DNA of 63,413 nucleotides from Girardia tigrina. Its lineage: Eukaryota. Position 1 is the first letter of the stretch, and every line of letters starts with the position of its first letter. This document shows, one piece after another, positions 1 to 10,113 of this stretch. The notes under the pieces were generated by a model, which was not told the origin of the DNA, searched no databases, and saw only the letters and a list, made by a program, of their open reading frames with translations. The stretch covers positions 1-63,413 of the forward strand of contig MQRK01234264.1 of the NCBI GenBank assembly GCA_001938485.1. Reading direction: 5' to 3'. The position numbers were made by a program, and so were the translations under genes.

Positions 1-676
1 TAATTAATTATTTATTTTTTTATTAATTTAATTTAATAATTAATTTATTCTTTAAGATTAATTATTTATTTAATTACCTTATTTAATAAATTAATAATAA
101 TTAATTAAATTTATTTTAATTAATTAATTTAATTCATTGAATAAATAAATTAGTGAATCAATAAATCAATTATTACATAAATGAATAAAAAGTAAATAAA
201 GTAAAGAATAAATTAATTATTGAATGAATAAATTATTTATTTTATTAAATAAATTATTAATGTTGATTTCACTGATTTAATTAAATTTCAATCAATTAAT
301 AATTAATTATTTCATTTTTTATTAATTAATTAACAATTTTATTCATCCATTCTAAACGAAATTATAATCTATACAGATTACATAATATATGGGGGCAGTA
401 TAACATTCGTTCCCTCACCAAATGATCTGCAGCTGCATAAAGTTAATTTACATTGGACGATGCCATTATAATTCTATTTTTAGGTGTAATTACATAAAGG
501 ATTTTAAACATTGGTAAAGTAGGTTCAACACAGTGACATAAATATTCACAACACAGCGAAAGACAGTATATATAACCCCATTGATTATCGCATCACAATC
601 GATAGAAGACAATAAATTCGAAATTATTTATTTCCCAATAACACATCAATCTCAAACAACATCTCTCATCGCTCCA

Positions 677-928
677 TCATCCGACTTGCCATTTCAGAGC
701 GTTGTCCTGGTTACCAAATTGTCTCTGACGCTCGTCCATCGTTCTCTCAGCGTCTCTCATTCGCTGCTCTTTCCTCTTCAATTCCTCAGGATTCTTGACG
801 CCGCGCGACTCCATTTCTCTTTGTCGTTTCTCGGCAGCCTCTAGCTGCAATTTGCGCCGTGTTTCCTGATCGACTGGATCGATCTGGTGATAATCATCTT
901 TCGGGCAACACGAATAACATAATCCCAT
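677..928 (-). CDS. SVIP: Small VCP/p97-interacting protein (SVIP), single-exon ORF, 83 aa
   Basis: N-terminal MGLCYSCC (myristoylation Gly2 plus Cys cluster), VIM-like RRKLQLEAAEKR, ESRG motif and C-terminal LKWQVG*, the hallmarks of SVIP. Confidence 0.9.
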   Translation of the reverse strand: MGLCYSCCPKDDYHQIDPVDQETRRKLQLEAAEKRQREMESRGVKNPEELKRKEQRMRDAERTMDERQRQFGNQDNALKWQVG

Positions 929-2249
929 TTCGAGTCGATTTATTGATCTTCAAATAACACAAAATCGATAGTAAAAATACTAATTCCAAGGAAATTTTGT
1001 TATTGCGAGTTGATTTCACTTTTTTCACCGAAAAAAAAACAAATTCAACTTGCTCGATTAATTTAAATTTGATTTCAAGTTCAATTTACAGTAAATATTA
1101 AAACAAAAATAACGACAATATTCGAGTTTTCAAATATAAATTTTAAATTAATTATATTGATAGATAATTAAAAACTTGCATGTACAATTATTTATAGTCA
1201 GTTTTGTAAAAGTTATTTGGAATTTTGAAAAAAAATTGTTTTTTATTACATAAAAAAGTTGAAAGGTAAGTTGTTTTTCTTGTGTACGCAAGACAAATGT
1301 TCGCATTAGATAAATGCACAAGACTTGCAAGACAAAATTTATGATCATAATATGTTTTAAACAACATAAAAATATTGTTCTTGATTCAATAATGAAAATT
1401 TATTATTCAAAATTTGATTGAGCTATTGTACGATAATTTAAATTCAATTTAGTTGTATATACAGAGAAAAATTTACATTTAAAACAACTATTTAACTGTA
1501 TTGCATGAATAGTGCCACTTTGTATTCATTTTTGCCGGGTCGTTTTGTGAAATCGCTTTGTTGATTATTGGGGAAACGTATTAAATTATTTTTATGAACA
1601 ATTATTTGTTTGAGTATTCTTTACATTTGAAAAAATATTTTGAATTTGAACTATTTGGAGTTAATTAAAACTAATTTTGGAGTTTTTAGAACAATTTAAT
1701 GTAAATACATTTTGTAGTTATTGAATAAGTAATTCGAAATGATGGCGGTTATTCATCCGATAGAGGACGTATTAATGTTATTACCATTTGTGCTAAATTA
1801 ATCTGGTCTAATTAATTTTATATGGAGCATTTAAAGCAAAATACTTAAGTTTTTCAAGCTTTAGGTAATGCTTACGGTTCGGTATCGATGTAAAGCGTAC
1901 AGTAAACTGAAGAATATAAAATTATCCAATTTTTATGCAATCGTTAAATGCGATTCTAGAATACCTTCTATGGGTAAAATATTTCTTAAGTAGGTATCGT
2001 TTTGACTTTTTTTCTTAATATATAATTCTCATTTTGTGATATTTTATTATTGACAACGCCAAAAATAAATGTCTTTCATGTATTTGTATAAATTTTTTGA
2101 ACTTAGATTACATAATTCATTGGGAGTATTCTCTACTAAATATCGTTCACAACCTCTGAACTATGAATCGTTTACTATTCCAATCACTGGCACATAAAAG
2201 ACCATCTAAACTCAAAATGACCACAAAAGATTTTGCTGTTCATTCAGTG

Positions 2250-2800
2250 TTAGTGGTTCGTTCAATTCTAACACTTTTAGGATCTCACTGATATCTAAAT
2301 AGGTTTTCTGTCTTTTTTAAGTGCCCAGAGTCTCTGCAACATTTAATGCATTTAAATATTTACATTTGCTTTTTGCAGCCTTTGTTCCAACTTGCTTTGT
2401 GATACATTGTACACACAGTGAATCTACTATTCGTGAAATTCCTTTTGCATTTGAATGTTAATATCTCTTCCTGAATAACATTTGGAAATTCAAAGGAAGA
2501 TAAATCTTCCAAAGAAGTCTAAAATTATCGACTGACTGACTTACTTGCCACGTTTGCAAAGACCAGAGATTTGAGATCAGTACAAACGATAAATTTTCTC
2601 CCATTCAAATAGTTTATGTGCCAAAACTACTTTTCAAGTAGTACAATAGCCTTTTTAATAATCACTCAGAGTTCAAGATACATTAACAAGTACTTAATCC
2701 GAACCAGTGTTCCCGCCAGAACTTTTCTTTGGAGGAAACATAAAAACATGGGTGGACCACGATGTGCATGCACGTTCTTCTACTCTAAATCCGAGAGCAT
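2250..2800 (-). mobile_element. Highly degenerate Ty3/Gypsy pol (RNase H) remnant
   Basis: Minus strand reads NYLNGRKFIVCTDLKSLVF and HSNAKGISRIVDSLCVQC, paralleling HFLYGKRFLLQTDHKAITF and HSNADAMSRNSC in the Gypsy at 38-38.6 kb. Boundaries approximate. Confidence 0.6.
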
Positions 2801-3406
2801 GCTGATGAGGAAAGAAGGTGATATTCTGGTAATTTATCATAATGTAAAAAATAAGGGTTTCAAATTGATCGAACCTCAAAATACGGCAATAAAACGTAAC
2901 TTTTTATACGTGTTGCGTTCCCCTCTCTCATCTTGTGGATTCTCAGTCCCCAGTCACTTTCTGAGATAAACGACCGTTCTTAATTTACACATTTTGATTC
3001 TGTATTTACACTCTCAATGTATATGGCGAACGGAGGCATCTCCTCCATGCTTATCAATAAGTTTTATGCATTTCTATTTGTCCAGATTCTCTGTAAATTG
3101 AGAAAAACTGATAATTATACAAATTTATATTTTAAAGTAACGTTCGATGCTTACTCGTTAAAACAATAGAATAAATTAATTGTAAATATAGTATAGTATT
3201 ATTAAAGTAATAATTAACTGCCCTTAAATTGTATTCTTATTATTCATGTAATATTTTTATATATTTTTAAATTATAAATTAAAAGAAATTAATTTCTAAA
3301 ATAGTAAAATAATAGAAAATATTAAATATTGCATCAAATATATATTAAGAATACAATTTACGGACAATTAAATTTTACTTTAATAACAATCAAATATTGT
3401 AAACTA

Positions 3407-5040
3407 CAGTCAAATTCGTGTATTAGCAATTCGTCTAATAGCAAAATTCACCTAATAGCAAGTTGTTACAAAGCACTACACAAATGAGTTTGCGGTTGAC
3501 CCTAACCCCTTACTTAGTGTGGTATTAATTGTCATCACAACATGACTGCTAAACGTCCACGCAATGACCTCCAACTACAACAAAAGCATGACATGGTGAA
3601 ACTTTTGCAAAGTGGATGGCAGCAAAAGCAAGTGGCAGACAAATTTGATGTGAATGAATCGACTGTCTCAAGATTGAATAAGCAGCAGGTGGAAATTGTG
3701 GCACACTTCGAGCAGGGAAAGTTGAACATGACAGTTATGTCTAACAAGCCATTTGGCCTAGAGAAGGTTGACACAGATCTTCTGGAGTGGTTAAGAACTG
3801 TGGCTGCCGGAAAACTGGGAATATCTGGAGCTGTACTCAAAGAGAAGGCACAAGATTTCGCGAGAAAACTGAAATTTCAGGACACTAAAGTCAAGAAGAT
3901 CGACATGAATTGGATTAATCGCTTCAAAACACGCCATTCCATTGTTGTAAAAAACTTTATGGCGAAGCAGCGGCTGTTGGTAAAGGAAATGTGGTAGACT
4001 GGCGAATTAATCTTCCTTCAGCAATGTTGAGTCAATGGCCCTTGGTGACATTTTCAACGTTGATAAGATGGGATTATTCTGGTGTTTCTTACCAGATAGC
4101 ACTCATGCCTTCAAAGGCGCAACATGCAGTAGAGGAAAGCGGTCAAAGGAGCGGAGAATAGTCCTATATGGTGCAAGCACATTAGGAGAAAAATTACCGT
4201 TACTTGTGATTGGAAAGTCCAAAATGCCATGCTGCTTCCTTAGAGAACATGTCCCAGTAATGTTTGAAGCAAACAGCCGTGTCTGGTTGACTTCAGAAAT
4301 TTTATTTCAGTATGTTCGACGACTTGAACAACGCATGGCTACAAACAAGAGTAAGATTGCATTGATCCTCGATAATTGTCCTGCTCATCCGACAATCTAA
4401 GGGTGAATGAACATTACACTGTTCTTTGTACCTCCAGATACCACGTCGCATACGCAGCCCATGGATGCAAGGGTTATTCGCAACATAAACTACCACTACA
4501 AATTGGTGTTGGTTCGACGGATGACTGCAGCAATCGACAACCAGCAACCCTTCCAGATCAATCTTCTGCAATCAATACACATCCTCAAGGACTTCTTGGA
4601 AAGTTGATGGAGAGGACCATAAAAAACTGTTTCCACCACGATGGATTCAATGCCATTGGTGAAGAACCTGCAGCTGTGGAGCCTGGGAAGAACAACCCAC
4701 AGACAACATCTTTGAGAGGATGGCAGCTCATTTTGAATTTGTGGATTACAGCAAGTATGTCAATGTGGATGCTGACCTTATCCCCTGGGACTCACCATCA
4801 GAGAAGGCAATTTTGACACTGGCAGGTGGAAGGGAAGGGCAGCCATGCAGCCAAGGGAAGAAATGCCACCATCTCGTATAGAAGCTCATTTTGCCTTGTA
4901 AACTCTCCAAAAATTTCTGGAAGCACAGGATAATGGCTTACCTGCTTTGCAAAGTCTGCGTACAGTGAAAGAATTGTTAACTCAACTTTTTTTACAAAGA
5001 AGTGATAAACTACCATTCCAGATTTTTTAAACAGTAAAAT
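3407..5040 (+). mobile_element. Tigger/pogo DNA transposon remnant (CENP-B HTH + DDE_1), frameshifted, right TIR not found
   Basis: TA|CAGTCAAATTCG start at 3407. ORF pieces: HTH_psq/CENP-B (3542-3997, WINRFKTRH), IFNVDKMGLF, ALILDNCPAH, PPDTTSHTQPMD. Confidence 0.9.
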
Positions 5041-5113
5041 AAAATATATGATTGAATCCCGTATGAATGTTGGATTATTAAATGGTGTCTGTATTATTAC
5101 AATTACATATTTT

Positions 5114-5194
5114 GGGATCTGTGTTACCCTCCTCCCCGTGGTGGATCCTGGGAAACTAGATGGGTTAAAGTCCGTCTCTAGGCGAATGTGGTAA
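5114..5194 (+). ncRNA. HDV-like self-cleaving ribozyme at the 5' end of a LINE
   Basis: P1 GGGAUCU/GGAUCCU with G1-U wobble, L3 UCCCCGU, P1.1 CC/GG, J1.1/4 GAAA, P4 CUA-GAUGGG/UCCGUC-UC-UAG, J4/2 GCGAA with catalytic C5183, P2 UUACC/GGUAA. Confidence 0.8.
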
Positions 5195-5684
5195 AGAAAC
5201 TTACAGGGCTAGCAATCTTGTCTGTGGATATGAAGAACGCTTTCAAAACCCAAACAAGGGGTCTGGAAGGACCCGAAGTCAGAGAATTTTTATCAGAAGT
5301 TGCAGGAGGAGATCGAGAAGGAGAAGAAATTCGCTAGAGAAAAGAAAATGGAACTACTAATTGGAGGAGACTTTAATTGTAGGTTGAAGAGCATCGAAGA
5401 GTGCAAATCGGTTGTAGGTATCTACGCACCTGGAGTTAAGACGTCGGAGAACGGAGAGCTGCTTACCGAGATGGCGATATCATGTGGACTGCGTGTTGAA
5501 AACACCTTTTATAGGAAACAACTTAGCCAGAGAACGAGCTGGACTCATCCTGCAACATCCAGGAGGTCATTACTTGATCTCTTTCTTATTGAAAGAAATC
5601 GAGCTAATAGGTACACGGATATCCGAAGCTACCCAGGCTTTGACTGTGGTTCCAACCACGATCTGGTAGTTATAACTGCCAGAA
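5114..5684 (+). mobile_element. RTE-like non-LTR retrotransposon 5' fragment (5' UTR plus partial APE endonuclease)
   Basis: ORF 5300-5710 carries LIGGDFN, ENGELL, NTFY, SWTHP, LDLFL and GSNHDLV, the APE motifs. No RT follows. Confidence 0.85.
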
Positions 5685-5989
5685 TTTACAGTTTTGAAGA
5701 AAAATTTTGACACATCATGAGAGGATAGTCACTGAGGCATTATTAATAAAGCATTTAAAACCATGCTTAAATATTCAAAGTGAATTATCCAATCCTATTA
5801 AAATTTTTTAATATTAATTAAAAAAAGATTAATTGCGTAATGGTCAATGTGCCATATAAATGACTTGTAATTTGAAATTTACTTCTCAACTGATGATGCC
5901 GTAATGGCGAAACATGTTTTGAGAAATAAAAAACTTTTTAAATGGCGTTTGTTATTCATTTTCTTTACAAATAAATTGCCATTAAATCT

Positions 5990-5990
<1 letters not shown>
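5685..5990 (+). mobile_element. Penelope-like element 3' end (GIY-YIG tail plus pLTR)
   Basis: ERIVTEALLIKHLKPCLNIQSELSNPIKIF* closely matches the GIY-YIG tail at 13164-13288. Followed by a hammerhead and an AATAAA signal. Confidence 0.85.
5883..5925 (+). ncRNA. Minimal type I hammerhead ribozyme (Penelope-associated)
   Basis: Stem I UUCUCAA/UUGAGAA, core CUGAUGA, stem II GCC/GGC, GAAA, palindromic stem III ACAUGU, GUU cleavage triplet (cut after 5918). Confidence 0.85.

Positions 5991-5993
<3 letters not shown>

Positions 5994-6027
<34 letters not shown>
5994..6027. repeat. (TA)n microsatellite
   Basis: Direct reading. Confidence 0.95.
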
Positions 6028-6030
<3 letters not shown>

Positions 6031-6445
6031 ATATAGAAAGTAAGCTAATAAAAAGAATGGAACAAATTTAGGTCAACTAAATAAAGGTACCCTTTTGAAT
6101 AAACGTACTATGTATGGGCTGCTACAACTAATAAGCGCACCGGTGCGCGTATTTCAATAAAATACAGTATGTCAAACATAATAAGATGTAACAATTAATT
6201 TTTATTACAAAAACAAAATTTACAAAAAGAAAATCTATTCATTTTTTAAACATCATCCAAATGTCACTGAAAATTTATTACAAATAAAAGATTGAATGAG
6301 ACAAAAAATAAATGATTCGAATAACTGGTAGTGTAGAAAAACAACCCGTTTACTATTTATAAAAACATGGTCGAAATAGATTAATAAGAATTGATAAATA
6401 TCAATTTCAATTTCCAAACACTGAACGGCCATAAATAAATATAAA

Positions 6446-6928
6446 CTATTGTTGAATACAGCTAAATCGATTAGAGCTATGAGATCTGGTATGTGCGGAG
6501 CGAGAATTACCAGGTTCCTGCTTTGAATTTCCTGATCTTTTCCCTGTCGTTGAGTTTCGACTTCCAATTCGTCGTCTGGGCTGAACAAATCTCGGAACAA
6601 CTGTTTTCGATGGAGATGTCAAATTCGTCGAGGTTAACTTCTTAGTAGTGACAGTGTGTGCATTTTCAATGAATGATAGACGATAGCTCCTGTTTCGCTT
6701 GCTGTTTGGCTGTCGAATTGACTGATTTTCGTTTTGATTATCGTTACAATTGCAACGTTCGTGGAAAGTGGGATCAATTTCTGCAATTAAATTTGGTGTG
6801 GAACTAGGAAGATTATTAGCCAGATAAGACTCCTGAGACATTAGTTTAGTTCCACCGGAAATGTCAGGAGGAAGATGCTTGCGCGCAAAGGGAGGCACAC
6901 TATAGAGAAAGTCACTGGTAATGGAACC
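6446..6928 (-). CDS. Terminal exon of a large host gene; ends in CaaX-like RFSCIQQ*
   Basis: Acceptor cttaaacag|GGT at 6928, phase 0, 160 aa open Ser/Arg/Asn-rich frame, GC content above the flanks. Confidence 0.7.
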   Translation of the reverse strand, partial: GSITSDFLYSVPPFARKHLPPDISGGTKLMSQESYLANNLPSSTPNLIAEIDPTFHERCNCNDNQNENQSIRQPNSKRNRSYRLSFIENAHTVTTKKLTSTNLTSPSKTVVPRFVQPRRRIGSRNSTTGKRSGNSKQEPGNSRSAHTRSHSSNRFSCIQQ

Positions 6929-8257
6929 CTGTTTAAGATAAGAGATTTCAAATATCATTAAGAATTTATGACGAACTTAAAACTAATCTTTTAGTTTTTT
7001 TTAGATTTTACTATATAACAACATCATTCTATAGTTATAGTTTTCAAGTTTCTAATTTTTTTTCTTTATTTTTAAAAAATATTTTTAGCTTAGAGAATGA
7101 TATTCCTCTTGTACCCGCTGGGAACACATATGATAATATTTTTTTTTATTTTTAATGAAATAAATTATTTTATCAATTAACATATTTTCAATACCTTTTT
7201 TAAATTTATATTTTTAAAAACTATTATTTTTGTTATCACTTATTATTAACGACTTCATTTGTTTTAGTAATTAAACATATTTTCAATACAATTACTAAAT
7301 TTATATTTTAAATTTTTTATTATTTTCTAGTATAGAATTAATTAATTTTAAAAATTATCATTTTTATTAAGTTTATATTTTAAAAAAGTTATTATTAACG
7401 ATTTAATGTTAAAGCGAATGTGTTTGGAGTCTCTCTGTTTTTTACAGGATTTGAAACAAACATCTCATTCGCCACAATTTAAATCTATAAAAGAATGTAA
7501 CATATAACTACACTCTTCATTATTTGGAAATTTCTGCTGGAATTGTACTCTTTTTATGGGATACCGATATAATAAAGTTAATTTCAATATGCATGCCTTC
7601 CCTAATGAAGCTTGGCTTGAATCTCTCTTTGCTCTTACCCGTAAATTCAACATTTTTTAAAAGCATATTCAGTCTGAGTTCCATGTATTAAATTAAGATT
7701 TATACAAAAACAAATTTTCTATTGGATAAAGTTGAAATAAATATGTGGATACGTGGAGAGACAAAAATAGACTCTAAGGGTTGCTTTTGCTTTTGAATTA
7801 AATTATTGGTATTCGGAATTTAAATATGAATAAGTATTATATTGATATTATCATTATTTATATTCTTTATCATCTACCCTCAAAACAAATTCAAATTGAC
7901 ATTATCAGACAATCAAGATATCGTTGAATGACGATTTCTGAAAATTTTATAAAGTGATTTGCTTTGCTTGCGCTATATATATTTGATATGTAATTTAGAA
8001 ATAATTAAAATAAAAAATATTAAATAAATAATTAAAGAAAAAAGAATTAAAATCAAAGAAAGTTAAATTAAAATTATATAATTAAATAGAATTTAAATAA
8101 AAAATGAGTTTTAAACAGTTATTAATTGTGATTATTATTTTGAATTGATTCATGTGACTCGTTTTTTTGTTCGAATTTCGAACGTTTTGTTGTTGTTGTT
8201 ATCGACCAGAGCGAGTTTGTGTAAGTGTGAACCAGTACATGTATGCGAATCGATCGG

Positions 8258-8311
8258 CCAATATTGAGGAAGATTTACTATAAGACTTGTACTGATTGGC
8301 TATCCAATCAG
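8258..8311. promoter_or_regulatory. Cluster of three CCAAT boxes, including the inverted repeat CTGATTGG-ctat-CCAATCAG
   Basis: CCAAT at 8258, ATTGG at 8295 and CCAAT at 8304, in a CpG-retaining island. Confidence 0.4.
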
Positions 8312-8541
8312 AACGAATTTCTGACTTGATAAAGAAATTTTAAATTTCTCATTTGTTCAAATTTTTGTGTAAATTCTCGATTCTGATTATTAAAAAAATT
8401 GTCAGATTTACCAATTTAAATTTCATTCTCTGTTTACAAATAATGGAAGTTCATTTTCTCGATTCGATATTTTGATTTTATTGTTGCTCAAAATTCAAAG
8501 ATCATTTATTGTTTCTAGAACATAAAACAAACATTTATTAT

Positions 8542-8638
8542 GGGTTACTGAACTAATTTCAACAAAAGAACATGAAATCCCCTTAACCCTAACCCTTTGT
8601 TGAAATTAAATTTTCTGTTGAAATTATATCTGCACCCC
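8542..8638. mobile_element. 97-bp MULE-type MITE
   Basis: Imperfect TIRs (GGGTTACTGAACTAATTTCAACA / TGTTGAAATTATATCTGCACCCC) and a perfect 9-bp TSD ATTTATTAT (8533-8541, 8639-8647). Confidence 0.7.
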
Positions 8639-9066
8639 ATTTATTATTGCTCGAAATTGAAGGATCGTTAGTGTCTTGAACTTTTATCAATTAAATTAAA
8701 AAAAATTATTTGTATTTGTCTCGAAAGTTTTGCGGGTTGTTATGGAAAATAATTTTTTAAGAGCTTTTGTGTATTGTCGATTTTTTTATTTTAATTCGAT
8801 TGAAATATCCATAATAAAGTTTTTATTTTTTGATGTTTCAAGTTGATCTCTTAAAAAATATAATTTGATCTTAAAAAAAAGATGAAAGAGAAATTAAATT
8901 CTCAATGGGCCCAGCACACTTAGACCGATCTCGCAGAGCGCTTCTGCTGCTACCGTCCGGTCTTCGGGCCAACTCAGCGATCAGGCGGAACACTTGGTTT
9001 CAAATCAGTTCATTTATAATTCATTCAACCGTTTTTTTACTTAGTAATACTTCAAACAAATAGGAG

Positions 9067-10113
9067 GGATGCGGAATTAATTTCACTTTGGAACTGTGAG
9101 GAATATTTGTACTTTAAAAAAAACAGGTTGAATTGGTTGTTTTTTGTGTACAAGTTTTTCAATCCAAGTTCACCTAATTTTCACACAACTGCCTGTTTGA
9201 AATGAAAATTGCAATCCTGATAATTTATTTCATTGAATTCTTCACGAAATGGAAGTATAAGTGATCTTTTAAAGTTACTTATAGCCATAAAAGAATTAAA
9301 TTGAAGAATCAGATTTTTTATTTTTGCAATGACCAGTTGTAATGGTAATATTGGCGAGTCTTCATGAGAACACAAAACGTTGGTAACATTGAAAAAGAAG
9401 TACAACGATAGTTTATCCTTCATTGATTATTCGAGCTTTGAAATGAGTTTTCAGTAGCTCATTTGCCTCGCGAGCGTGAACGTACATAAATGCTGTTTCA
9501 GAAGTAATTGGGTTGCGGTGATGCTTCTTCAGCAGCATAAGAGATCCTTGATAAAACTTCATTAGGATGATTCCTGGAAATATTATCTAAAATATCCCTT
9601 GAGCTACACGAAGAAGCCTTTGTCTTGTTTTTAAGTTGGATTTCGAACTCCTCATCGGTTCATTCTGAGCTTCAGTGAAGTGATTATGTTCAGCGTTATC
9701 AATTATCGGCTCATTAGTATTTTTCATTATAGAGGCAGTAGATTTGCACGATGTATGCGGATTCACTTGACACATAAGGGTAATTCTTGAGAGGTTTGAG
9801 TTATTCTTGTAGTACAAGTGTTCCACAACTTTATATAGATTTTATCATTTTCGCAGGCCTTCGACAATTTCATATACTATAAAAATAGAGTAATTTTTTA
9901 TTCAAGAACTTACTTTTATATTTTCTTGTAAAAATTTTTTAAATAAAAAAAAGTTAAATTACATACTAAATTATAAAAATTAATTAAAAATAATTCAGTA
10001 ATTCATAAATAATTAATTATCAGTGATATTAGTCCAAAAACCAAATTGAAAATTATTAGAGAAATTAATTCCAAAGCAAAATTAATTCTTACGCGAAATT
10101 AATTCTGCCATCC
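9067..10113 (-). mobile_element. FLYWCH-type MULE remnant
   Basis: TIRs GGATGCGGAATTAATTTC / GAAATTAATTCTGCCATCC. FLYWCH-like C..C..EHNH (9587-9826) and the MULE motif DCNFHFKQAV (9181-9423). Confidence 0.75.

Noticed and set aside
1-350. Extremely AT-rich TAAT/ATTA-rich tract
   Set aside because: Low complexity with no stable unit or structure.
581-844. Plus-strand 87-aa ORF
   Set aside because: Antisense shadow of SVIP with a non-ATG start.
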